A stretch of 64,000 nucleotides of DNA from Anthoceros angustus (Eukaryota; Plantae; Anthocerotophyta). This document shows positions 36,133-47,515 of this stretch, piece after piece; within the stretch, counting starts at the first letter, position 1; each line of letters opens with the position of its first letter. A program made the translations under genes and the position numbers. The stretch is taken from the NCBI GenBank assembly GCA_010909165.1, contig MU008157.1, positions 620,001 to 684,000 of the forward strand, read 5' to 3'. The notes beneath the pieces were generated by a model. The model was given only the letters and a program-made list of their open reading frames with translations, made no database searches and was not told the origin of the DNA.

Positions 36133-38280
36133 TCAGGTTTCCTCACCGGCCCCGAACCAGCCCCATACTCCTGCTGACTGCTTTTGTGCTCTTCCTTGCC
36201 CTGCAGCAGCCTCATCAGCAGCCTTTTGGCGTCGTAGCAAATCCAATTCACTATCCAGACTTTCTGATGCCCGCAATGCCTGACTTAAGTCCACCTCAAG
36301 CTTGAAACATCTTGTTTGCTCCGCTGCCAGTTCAGAGCGGACAGAGATGAGCTGCTCCTTGTATTCCGAAGCTTCGGTTAGTGCATCTGCTAGTTCTTTC
36401 TTCAACTTGCTGATCTCTGCTCGTGCTGCCAGAAGCTCTTCCTCCTCCGCCAGCTGCTTTGCTTTGGCCTCGCGCTCTTGCTGTTTAACATTCTCCTTGG
36501 GTGCTGCAGCTGGATCTGTGAAAGTGGGCAACATAGAGTTCAAATTCTTAGCAGCAGAGGCAGCAGAGGCAGCAGCTGCTGCTGCTGATGGAGATTTGAT
36601 TAGCTTGGGTTTCACCCTGGCGGGCTGGATGGTCTTGAGCACATGGACATCGCTGGAGAAGCGGCCATTGTAGCCTCCAAAGGCTACAAGAAACACAGCA
36701 TCCCCCTCAGAGACAGCCACCACACTTAGTCCTTCACTGGCTAGCGTTGACACTGGCTCCACTTTGGATTCCAGAGACCAAACCAGAGTAGCCATGTTCA
36801 GGACCACAGTCTCAGGTATGCCACACTTGTTGTCTCCACCGCCAATAATATACCAGTTTTCACCTACTACAAGACCAGCATGTCCGGCTCGAGCTGTTGG
36901 CACAAACCCTGGAGTTTGAGCCTCTGACCACTCCAGAGTCTGCAAATCCAAGACATGTAAGTCGTTAAAGCATCTGGAGTGAGAACTACCCCCAAACACC
37001 AGAAGATAACGATCTGCCCACAGTGCAGCAGTGTGCCCTGAACGCGGAGACGGAGGGGTTCCCAAGGTGTCCGTCATATCCCATGTCATTGTCTCCAAAT
37101 CCAGGATGCACAGGTCATTCAGCAACCTCCTCTTCGAATCCTCTCCTCCGAACATCACCAGAGTAGAGTCCACTCTGGTGACTGACTGACCGCCTCTGGG
37201 AGCAGGAGCCGATCCATAGGCTCGAAGAAGCGACCACGACTGCGTGAACAGGTCAAAAGAATGCACAAGCACATTTTCTGACGTGCTTTTGGAATGGCCA
37301 GCCACAGAGAGGAGCCTGCCACCGTCTCGCACCAACGAATGGCCAGCGCAAGGTGGCAGCCAGTCCTGCGCATCTGCCAAAGAGGACAGGGAAGCAGTAG
37401 AGCGCTTGTTATCCAGCTTGGTCCATTTCAAATTGTTGAGATCCAGCACCTGCACGTCATTCAGAAACCGACCACTGTGATTGCCACCTACCACAAACAA
37501 CTTGTCATCAACCACTGCTGCCGCATGCTGATACCGTCCCGGCGGCCGGTAACCGCTGACAGGCACGGCGATCCACTCATTCAAAACTGCCAGCGCCTGA
37601 ATGTCGGCCCCTACGCCGCTCTTGTGACGCGATTTTCTTGGACTCCCGGTGAAGAAACCGCTGCCATTAGCCACCGCCTCGGCGTGCAGACCTGAGTCAG
37701 GATCCGCCTGATCCACACCTTGCCCCGCTGTTCTTTCGCCGGACCAGCTCCCCACCAAGACCGGGCCATCGGAGAAGCCATCTGCTTCTTTCTCCAGTCG
37801 ATGCCGCTGCTGCTGCGTGGCGGATGAGGAGAAAGAGTCGGACACCGGCGATCCCGGGAGCTCCAATTGGCGACCGAGATCCAACGGCCCCGGCAGGTGC
37901 TGCTCCGCCTTGAGGTACCAGTCCGCATCCTCCTCCTCCAGCGTGCGCACAAAGAGCCGCATGGCCTCCACGGACGACGTCTCCCTCAGATGCTGCCAGC
38001 TCGTCCACTTAGCCTGCTCCAGCAAGTTCCACACTTTCGGCTTGGGATCCTTGCACGGCCCGAGCGTCGCCTGCTGGTACAGCGAGTAGAGCAGCAGCCT
38101 GGTCTCCTCCTTGAACGCAGGCGAGGAGCGGGTTGTCGGCTGCTGATCTCCCAACCCCGCGTACGCCGCTGCTGCAAAGAAGCGGTCCGGATACGGCAAG
38201 CTCTGCAACTGCGAGCGCGTTCGAGCGAGCGGCGGCGCCGGCTTGCGCGCGATCGGCTCCGCGGCGTCCCCGTCCGCCAT
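36133..38280 (-). CDS. ACBP4: Acyl-CoA-binding domain + kelch repeat protein (class IV ACBP), intronless
   Basis: YPDRFFAAAAYAG and LLLYSLYQQATLGPC (ACB domain), kelch repeats (RYQHAAAVVD, PRGGQSVT, PRSGHTAA), and a C-terminal coiled coil. Confidence 0.95.
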   Translation of the reverse strand: MADGDAAEPIARKPAPPLARTRSQLQSLPYPDRFFAAAAYAGLGDQQPTTRSSPAFKEETRLLLYSLYQQATLGPCKDPKPKVWNLLEQAKWTSWQHLRETSSVEAMRLFVRTLEEEDADWYLKAEQHLPGPLDLGRQLELPGSPVSDSFSSSATQQQRHRLEKEADGFSDGPVLVGSWSGERTAGQGVDQADPDSGLHAEAVANGSGFFTGSPRKSRHKSGVGADIQALAVLNEWIAVPVSGYRPPGRYQHAAAVVDDKLFVVGGNHSGRFLNDVQVLDLNNLKWTKLDNKRSTASLSSLADAQDWLPPCAGHSLVRDGGRLLSVAGHSKSTSENVLVHSFDLFTQSWSLLRAYGSAPAPRGGQSVTRVDSTLVMFGGEDSKRRLLNDLCILDLETMTWDMTDTLGTPPSPRSGHTAALWADRYLLVFGGSSHSRCFNDLHVLDLQTLEWSEAQTPGFVPTARAGHAGLVVGENWYIIGGGDNKCGIPETVVLNMATLVWSLESKVEPVSTLASEGLSVVAVSEGDAVFLVAFGGYNGRFSSDVHVLKTIQPARVKPKLIKSPSAAAAAASAASAAKNLNSMLPTFTDPAAAPKENVKQQEREAKAKQLAEEEELLAARAEISKLKKELADALTEASEYKEQLISVRSELAAEQTRCFKLEVDLSQALRASESLDSELDLLRRQKAADEAAAGQGRAQKQSAGVWGWFGAGEET

Positions 38281-38551
38281 CGCCAGGCCCCCTCGTGCTC
38301 CTCGTTCACCTCCAACTCGGCTCTTCTTTCAGCGTTTGCATCCGGCTCCCACGCAGTTGGTTCGACAGGGAGCTGGGACGGGTATTTCGTTTCCTGCAAG
38401 ACAGCTGCTAATGTATGTACTCATGAGTTCATTCACATACTTAACGAAGCACATGACCTAACTGCAGCTTCATTGACGAGAGCAAGTGAAGCTCCGTGGA
38501 ACCACTAGACTACCTTCTTGAGAGGCCTCCGGTCCGCTCGGCTCCGTCGCG

Positions 38552-39826
38552 ATGGGGCTCGACGTGCCGATGGAGAGCAAGATCGAGGACACGGCGCGGC
38601 TGTTTGAGAGATTCAAGGCGCTGCTGGCGGCAGGGGATTATGTTCAGGCGGAGTCCGTGCTTCTTCAGCTCAAGGTACAGGCGTGCTGGACGCCTTGCGG
38701 TGTGAGAATTGGCGGGAGGATGGGATTCTGACTGCCGTGCTTGTGTTTCTGCAGGTGAATTTGACGGAATTTCTGGCTCTGCCTCCGCTGTATCACCAGA
38801 CGGCGACGGCAGTAAAGGAGCTAGTTTTAGCAAGTAGGTGTTTGCCGGAACGTTTGTGGCGAGTGCATGTTGAGGCTTGGGATGAGAGTAGGGAGGGATG
38901 GACGGAGGACTTGACTGTGTTTTATGTCTTGGTGGAGACGTGCAGGAGACATTTTTGAGCACGCAGTGGTGTTGAGTGTGAAGACTGAAGATCAAGACAC
39001 TTTTGAGCGTCATTTCCTTCAGCTCAAGTCCTTCTACACGGACTCCAGGTACCTGCTGCTGGCATGAATTTGGTAGGGCTAGGGTTTGTGAGGAGTTGGC
39101 TCTTCAGTTGCAACGCCTGGTCTTGGTGTACAGAGACATCATCCCGCCGTCACCTCAAGAGTACCCTATGCTCGGGCTGAACCTGCTGCGGCTGCTGGTT
39201 CAAAATCGAATCGGTGAATTTCACACGGAGCTCGAGCTACTCTCACCTGAGGCGTATGAAAATCCCTGCATCAAGCATGCCGTGGAGCTGGAGCAGTCCT
39301 TCATGGAAGGGGCCTACTTCAGGGTTTTGAACGCGCGGAAAAGTGTTCCCATCGAGACATACGGCTACTTCATGGACCTTCTTGCCAAGACAGTCAGGTG
39401 ACGCTTCCAGCCTTAGCTCCAACTTACACTCTCTTGTCATATTTATTTACGTCTTGGGTATCGTCCCTCTGGCCATCAGGGATGAAATCGCTGGCTGCAG
39501 TGAGAAAGCCTACGACTTCCTCACACTACAAGATGCCAAGAAGGTTTTGATGTTTTCTGCCGACAAGGACTTGGTGGACTACGTGACTGAGGTGCAGTTC
39601 CCCGTCCAGAACCACCGTTGCTTCTACTCTTCCTTCGTTGCCGGAGTGTACATATATGTATCGTGTTGCGTTTTGCTGCTGGCAGGAGCGTCCGGACTGG
39701 GAGCTGCGAAATGGTGCTGTGTATTTCCAGAAGAGCAAGGAGACCCCGCCCTTCAAAGAAATCCCGTCTTTGCAGCTAATCAATCAGACCCTAGGCTACG
39801 CTCGGGAGCTGGAGCGCATAGTATAA
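38552..39826 (+). CDS. RPN12: 26S proteasome non-ATPase regulatory subunit 8 (RPN12), multi-exon
   Basis: LFERFKA..., LGLNLLRLLVQNRIGEFHTELELL, ELEQSFMEGAY and EIPSLQLINQTLGYARELERIV. The start could be 38552 or 38570. Confidence 0.95.
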
Positions 39827-40205
39827 GTATAGCGGGCAGACTTTGATGATTCATTTAATGCTATTAGCATTTACTAAACGCTTTCTATTTTGCCAGCGCG
39901 ACGGGAAATAAAGCGTTGCTGCGTGACTAAGTAAGTACCTACCTACGACTGAGCCCAAGGAAGGCGAGACCCTAAACTCGACATATGTGAATTTGTAGGT
40001 GCCCATCCCAGCCCAGGGCAGTGGGCTGAAGGGCGCAGTGGGGAGATATTTTTAGGGCTGGTCAGTCATGCGAGGGGGGAACAGCCGGTTTAATAGTGTC
40101 CAGCCGGCGGGAAACAGGTGGAAGGAGAGGCGGCGAAGGAAGGCGAGGGGCTGGGACCAATCCACCCACATTCAACAGACGCAAGGAGCAAGCAAGCTGG
40201 GAGTG

Positions 40206-43200
40206 ATGGCGGCCACGCAGCAGCAGGGCCTGGCCTTGCCCAGCGTGGCCGTGCCCGCGGCGTCCCGGCGAGTTCAATTCCACGCCGCGGGCCAGGGCCA
40301 CATGCACCAGGCCCATGCCAATGGGGGAGGCGATGCCGCCGCCGCCAGCGCCGCCGGCAGCAGCAGCAACGCTTCTCGGGATGCGCACGATTCTGCAGCG
40401 CAGGACGGGGACCAGCCGCCTCTGCCGCTCTCCTGGACCGCGCCCAGCAAAGTGGTAGGTGTGGAGGTCCTGCTCTCCAAGCTGGCCATGGAGGATCTCG
40501 CGTCCCGCACTCGATTCCTGCATCCCATTGGATTCCTGCATCCTGCCTGCCGCCCGCATTTGCACCAGCTCCTGCTCCACCTGCGGGATCCGGGGATGAA
40601 TCTCCTCCTCCGTCATAGTAATTGTTGCTGCCTGCGGGATTCCTCCTCCTGGTCCTGGTCCTGGATTGCGGTGGCATCGGGATGGCGGGGGCGGGAGCAT
40701 CCTGCAATCTGTGTTTGCCGCTGTGGAGCGCAGGGCAGGGCGGGTTTTGTTGGTCCTGTCATCGCTCTAGGTTCTGGTTTTGCTGTGGGGATGCGCGCGC
40801 CTGCCTTGCTTCCCACTACCCCGGCCTCTGATTGTTGCATCGGAAGAGGTGGCGTTCGCTTTTGCTTTCATGCACCGCTTAGGGCTGAGTCCCGGCCAGG
40901 ATTGCCTGCCGGGGAACGTTTGGGAGCATTGTCGGAGCAAATGTTGCGGCCTCATGCCTAGCGTGTGGTGTCGAGTCCTGTCATGTCCTGTCGCGCTGGG
41001 GGAAGCTTCGGCGTATTCCTGGAGGCCGTGTGAAGCGTTGCCTTGTGAGCTTTCCGTCTGTCTGCATCTGATCCCGTCAGTGGCGTGCAGGGAGCAGGGT
41101 TGTCGAATCTGGGAAATACTTGTTTTCTGAATTCCGTCCTCCAGTGCTTAACTTACACTCCTCCCCTTGCTGGTTATCTGCAAAGTGGACACCATAAAGT
41201 CTCCTGTAAGTTGCCTCCAGTGATTATAGCCTGTAATTGGGATGCGAGGCATCTACACTTGATGGCAAGGATTTTAGTCATGCGCTAACAGAAACGTCAC
41301 ATGCAGGCCGTGTTCCAGGATTCTGTGCAATGTGCAGCCTTGAGGAGCATGTGCGCAATGCCCTGGTGAATTCCGGCAAGAGCATTGCGCCTTCGAATCT
41401 CGTGAAGAATCTGCGTTGTATGCTGCTGCTTTTTGCTTGCTTTTGCCGCACTTCTCTAAAATGACCGTCAGTGGAAAACTACCACCTCCTAACAATGCTG
41501 GTTCCTTGACTGCTTCTAGCTATTTCAAGGACTTTCCGCATGTGGCGTCAGGAGGATGCTCATGAGTACATGCGTTGCCTTATAGAAGCGTTGCAGAAAT
41601 GCTCTCTCCCTGCTCACGTCACCAACTCAGCATCTGCGGCTGAGCAGGAGAAAAGTTTTGTCTTCAAGATCTTTGGTGGGCGGCTGAGGAGTCAGGTAAT
41701 TTGGGTTCTGAACTGATGATGAGCTAATGAAGCGTTTCAAAAAGTCATTGTGGGCGGACGTCTCTGATGGAACTGGCTTTCTTGTCTCAGGTGAAGTGTA
41801 CAGTTTGCTTACACTGCTCCAACACGCATGACCCTTTTCTGGACCTAAGTCTCGAGATTGTTCGAGCAGATTCCTTAACCAAGGCTTTATCCCGGTTCAC
41901 AGCGGTGGAGGAGCTAGATGGAGAGAACAAATATCGATGTGGACATTGCAAGAAGAAAGTCAGGGCTCTAAAAAACTTTACGATTGATTCTGCTCCAAAT
42001 GTGCTCACCATACAGTTCAAGCGATTTTCCAGTACACCTGGCAGATTCGGAAAAATTGATAAGAAAGTGGAATTTGGACAAAACCTCGACCTCAAGCCCT
42101 TTATGAGCAGTGGGAAGGTATATGGATGCGCGTTTTCAGTACAGACTGCTCATTCCTTCTCTTATTTTAGTGTTACTCTGTCATCTGCTTGTGCCGATGT
42201 TGACTGTTATGCCTGTAGCAGGAGGGTGATGTTCTGTACTCCTTATACGGTGTGTTGGTCCATTCTGGCGGCTCCACGCACTCGGGCCACTACTACAGTT
42301 TCGTGAAGACGTCAACTGGGATCTGGCATGTTCTCGATGACAGCCGGGTATGCCTCCAACGATGATGGTCATGAGGTGTTGTTCCCTGATAGTGACGGAT
42401 GGTGATGTCCCAGGTCTTGATAATCGTTACTGTCTGGTGGCAGGTGAGACAAGTGAGTGAAAATACAGTTATGGAACAGAAGGCCTACATGTTGTTCTAT
42501 ATCAGAAACGCAAGATCAAATGCATCTACTGTTCCTGGGCTCAGAGGTTTGTCAAAAAGCACAGGACCTGGACAGGTGCAGGGAGTAGGACAGTCAAGCA
42601 AGGGTGTGGAACCGGATGGTAAGTTACATGTGGATAATTATCTTGCTGAAGGCAGCTCAGTATGCCTCACTGTTGATAATGCAAGGGGCCTGGACACATC
42701 CATGCCACCCCCAAAGAATGCAGCCGACACAGAGAAAGCCTCTACTGTGGAAAGCACCCCGTGTCTGGGAGCACTGTCTGCCTCGACAGAGGCGCTTTCC
42801 GCAATGGAGCTGGATGCACTTTCGGTGGACAAGGCTTCTGAGCAGGAAGGATCTGATCGTTTGCCCGCAATTGTCTCTTCTATGTCAGCACCACCTTCAC
42901 TGTCACAGCGGGAAAAACCAAAGTCTCTGCAAGTAGGTGAAAAGGTTAATGAAGATGTTGTGTCAGCACCAGTTCAAAGCAATGGACCAGCAATTGCTAT
43001 TGTGACTCAAAAGGTGTGGTATTACCGCTGTCATTTCTCTTATGTTGAGCCAGTATTTGCCAACCTCTTATCCCATTTGCCTGATTCAGGGACTACTAAG
43101 GGGAGATGAAGCTGGCACCCCCACATTGCCCACCACAGTTTCAGTAGATGTTCGGAGGGAAGACACACCAGGCAACCTAGCAAGCTCAGATCATGTGGAA

Positions 43201-44490
43201 CCTTTGGAGGAATCACACCAAGTAGGCTCAGAAGAATGCAGCACCAGTGGATATGAGGAGGATGAGTATCTGATTGATCATCAGCTGAGGCCTTCTCACA
43301 ATTACCGCCAATTGCTTCTGGTGAACCCATCAACCAGAAGGTTCTACATGGCTAGGAAAATCCCACATCGAGCAAGGAAGAGAACAGTGGATGCTGACTT
43401 CGTTATGGAGGACGTGACTGAAGGTGAGAGGGATGGTGTTCAGGCATCGACAGAAAATGTGATCAGAGACAACACGAGTGGCAGTCCGCCCAGTGCTGGT
43501 GGTGAAGGCAGAGAAGATCTTGAAGACTGCCGAAATCACTCAGTTTCTGAACCAGTTGAAGGTTGTTTTTTGTACTTTGAAACCCTGGGTGAATGTCGGA
43601 GTCTTGGCTGCTCGCATACATGGTTGTCATCCTGTAGCTCTGAGTTGTATGTTACCACTCTTACCAGATATTGGCGTGGACAGTACGCCTGTAATTAGTG
43701 GTGGCCAAAATGGATCTGCATTGGATACTGATTCCAGTAGACTGGATTCTGGTGCATCTTTGGAGCTCAAGAGCAGTTGCATCGAAGTGCGGAAGCTAGT
43801 TTCTGAGCAGGAAGGGGATGCAAATTTGTGTCCCCCGGCTCCGGCAGAAGCCGCTCAAGTGAGGAGACCAAGCTGCTCTTTGGATACGAAGTCTGAGCCA
43901 GTGAAGGAGGGGTCAAGAACAGGGTCTAGCCTCCCATCAGGCCATAAGAACCAGCTTTACGGTTGTGAAGGTAAAAGCAACGACCACGACGGCATCAATG
44001 CATTGCTGTTGCATGCTGGTCTCATGGTGGTGTGTGCCCTGAGTTAGGATACTACTTTCTGCTGGTCAGATAGTTTGACATAGTCACACTAGTTTTGCTT
44101 CTGATGTGAAGATCCCACCATCGCTGACTGTTTGTGATGGATGGGTGTTTAGTACCTCGCTGGAATGAGAGCGACGCAACAGGAATGCACATTGATGCAT
44201 TGCTGTCGTCTCACCACAAGCCTGTGCAGAAAAGATTAGATGAATGGTATGTTTGTTTACCGCAGGTGGCGTGGTTTCTCAAAGCTTTGCTCTTGGTGGA
44301 TTCTCGGAACAGTGTGCTAACCGTGTTCGCGCTTCTCTGTGCTCATGGCTGCAGGGATGAAGAGTATGATCGAGGAAGAGTGAAGAAGATCCGGAAGCGC
44401 GCGGACCGTGCAGAGACAGCTGATGAGCTGCGAGATCGGCCCTCTTCGGCCAGTCCCTTTCAAGAAGCTGCTGCATCTCGACGACACTAA
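40206..44490 (+). CDS. UBP23: Ubiquitin carboxyl-terminal hydrolase, USP36/42-like (plant UBP23-like), multi-exon
   Basis: Cys box [27 protein letters not shown], His box [16 protein letters not shown], and C-terminal [11 protein letters not shown]. The middle exon boundaries were not all resolved. Confidence 0.85.
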
Positions 44491-44885
44491 GAGGGTATTG
44501 AGGTGCTTGTGTGCCGAGTGCGTGTCGGAGGGTCGGCAATAAGCGTAAGAGACACCTTCGGTGCTCTGGGCATTAGGCTGCGAACCGCACCCTGCTTACC
44601 GATGTTTGTCACCTATTTAGGCGTAGGATTCAGACTCCTTTTGGCTTGTGAAAGAGGCCATTAGTAAAGGTTTGTTCCATTTTCTTCCAAGGCAGATGCC
44701 GTTTGCGCCCGAGCCCCGCGTCTATCCCGACTGTACCTAGGTACAGATACGGGATACGAACGATGCGTAGAACTCGCAAAGGATGTATTTTTGTGAGTGA
44801 ACATAGAGAGAGAGAAATATTAGAGAATGCGGACAGAGCCAAGGACAAAAAAGAAGCGGTATTTGAACACGTGACGTGACCACCT

Positions 44886-45700
44886 AACCGTGCGTAAAGC
44901 TCTACCATCCCAAAAGCTCTTCCCGGCATCTGAGAATGAGGGCATTAAACCTAGATCTCATTTACATCTCTATTTCAGTAAACCTAATGGCATAGAAACA
45001 ATCTTTGTACACGTTTCGTTTCTTTTCAACGACCTGTGCATGATCCTCGCCCCTCATCTACGAATCCTCCAAGCATTTGGAGGTTCTGCTAAGGTGATAG
45101 CGGTGATATGCACAACAGGCACCTTGCAGTCCTCAACTTTTGAAACCGATCTATAGTACCTAACTATTCCCTATGCAGCCTTCCCCAAGGCATGATCAGA
45201 ACTTTTTGTCTGTGAGAATTTCTCAATACACTGGCTTTCGGTTTCCATGGTACAGCACTTCTCTCCGCTAAATCCAGACCAGGGATCGCAGCGGATATCA
45301 CCTGATTATGTCGTTTGATAACTTTTATCTGTCTCTATGAAGTGGAGAGCATCGTTCCTGCCGATGACATCAACACGATTCACCCCATTTTTGTGAGTGA
45401 CTCCACAAATCATGTTACCAACCTTCGCAAGCTCAGGTCGAAATGTTGTGGTGATGAACTGTGTATATGAGGCATCTGCCTGTCGTTTGATCATATTCCC
45501 TACTGTTGTCGGTATTGAGGATCTCATCAAACACGGCAAAAGGAGCAGGGTCACCAGCTGGACCTCTGTCGGTTGACATAAGAGTCTTCAGTTCACCCTT
45601 TCTCGTCTCAGCAACCATTCTCATTGCTCTGATTGTAATCTGATCTTCCTTGAAGCCATGGATTTATCATCGATTCCTGGGTAGTGTCCTGAAATTAATG
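44886..45700 (-). pseudogene. Probable decayed group II intron fragment (RT/maturase remnant + domain V), likely organelle-derived
   Basis: PGIDD and SIPTT..FRP resemble RT subdomains 0-2. GIVRYY...ITLAE resembles maturase domain X. It is followed by a 34-nt GAGC...ACGCACGGTT domain-V-like sequence (44886-44919). Heavily degenerate. Confidence 0.45.
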
Positions 45701-46055
45701 TCATTCTAGCTCATTTCTCCGAAAAGAGCTAGAATGCAGTCGGTGCCCTTCTGGGCTAGGTGAGTGAGAGCCCCACTAGGCTTGAACGGTCAGTGCCTTT
45801 CTGGGCTCGAGGATCATTGCCCCTCTGGGCCTGGTCGGAAAGTGCCCTTCTGGGCAGGGCCCGTTGAGTGCATGTGCGGACTCTATCCATAGACTACTTT
45901 CGACATTGCCGGCTTAAAAAGACTTCAAAGGGTTCTGGTGGCCTCTGCGGTAGGTATTTAAGTGGTTGCGGGTTCGACTGTTTGATCGCGACGAGGCTTG
46001 TGTCTCCTGGACTGATCGAGCTGTCGAGCAGACGAGTTCAGGATGAGATGAGAAG

Positions 46056-46507
46056 ATGAAGCAGGTGGTCAAGTTGGGATCGGTGTTTGCCCTGGCGACT
46101 GCGCTCTGGTTGTCGTTGTTGCTCGCCTCGAATCGCTCGTCTGCGCTTCACCTCGTCCTCTCCTACGTAGCGCCCTGTCCTCCTCCTCTTGCAGTGATTA
46201 GGGTTTGTGGGTTTCACTCTGCTGAAATTTGATTCTCGAAGTGACTGTGGAATTCCAGTTTCCGGTTTATGCGTTGGTGGCGCTGGGATCGTATGGGCTT
46301 GGCATGGTCGGGTATGGCTTGATGGTCTTCCCTACGTGCCCGGAAGAAGCTCAGCTGCTTCAGAAGGTAGGCCGTGATGGTTTAGGGTGCACCAATTGCC
46401 TGACGGAGGAGCAAACCTTAGAGTCTGTGGGATCCTTGCAGGACATAGCGGAAGCTCAGAAGTTCCTTTCACGGAAGGGCTTAGATATTTTCAAACCAAG
46501 CAGCTAG
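46056..46507 (+). CDS. DPM3: Dolichol-phosphate mannosyltransferase subunit 3 (94 aa, 3 exons)
   Basis: FPVYALVALGSYGLGMVGYGLMVFPTCPEEAQLLQKDIAEAQKFL. Exons 46056-46166, 46259-46366 and 46442-46507. Confidence 0.9.
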
Positions 46508-46651
46508 GTGACTGGTGAGCTTGTGATTGTGGTATTTTGATGCCGAATCTATGCTAGCTCTCATCTGCAGCTGTGGTGGCTGATTCTGGAAAGGATTTCA
46601 TTCGGTGGGGCCTTTGCATTACAGGTCTTGTTAAAAGGTCATCAGGACGAC

Positions 46652-47000
46652 ATGGATCCCGCAAAGGACCGGCTCATTCGGAACTTGACCTGGCTTGTGA
46701 CGGCCGTTTCTGCAGGCTGCCTGCTCGCCTCCGATTATGGCTCTCGTCCGCATGCTTTTTCTTCGGTATGGTGCATGTTCAACTCTTTACACTTCGAAAC
46801 AGAAGCAGGATTGCTGGCGATTTACAGGTGAACGTTGTCATGCCTCTCAGATTCAGAAGGAGATCCCTAACGCATTTGCGAGTATCAAGGCATGGTTTTT
46901 GACACCCAGTAAGGAGGAACTGGAGGAATTGCGGCGAAGGGGATATGTAGTGCTCCGCGACAAACTCCCGTCGGAGGATGGCATCGACACTCAAACATGA
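46652..47000 (+). CDS. Small (87 aa) two-exon protein with one hydrophobic segment and a DYG..PH.F motif; function unknown
   Basis: Exons 46652-46765 and 46851-47000 (GT-AG, phase 0) give MDPAKDRLIRNLTWLVTAVSAGCLLASDYGSRPHAFSSIQKEIPNAF... Confidence 0.7.
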
Positions 47001-47515
47001 GATTCTTGAGTGTAGGGCGAGTTCAGTCTTGCCTACGCAGACTCACTTAGTTGCGTAATTAACGTCACAGGTTTCGCTGATGGAACCTTCCATGGAGCTG
47101 TGTGGAAGAAGCTCTTGAAAGCACTAATCAGAGGTAACCGTGATCAGTGTTTTCACAAACCGTTAGCGCGGGGGATGGAAGGGGGAGGGCGGAAGTGCGC
47201 TTCTCCGTTCGAGATCCAGAATTTCTTTGAATGAGCTGGTGCAGGCACGCTGCAGTGTCAACCTTTCCGCCAACCGATCTCACTGAACCGGCTCAAACAT
47301 GCAAGCAATTTCGTGAAAGCACAAATATGTTACACGTGATAAGCCTACTGCATCACAAAATTGACCACACCAAATAGGTAGGAGGCGCTTCTCCCTTCGG
47401 ACAAGACATTCCTAAGAAAGAGCTGTTGGAGGCAGGCAGGCGAAGGATCAACCGTTGCCCATTCCGGCTCTCATTGGACCTGCTCATACAAGCAAGCCAA
47501 GCAGGTGGCCGCCGC

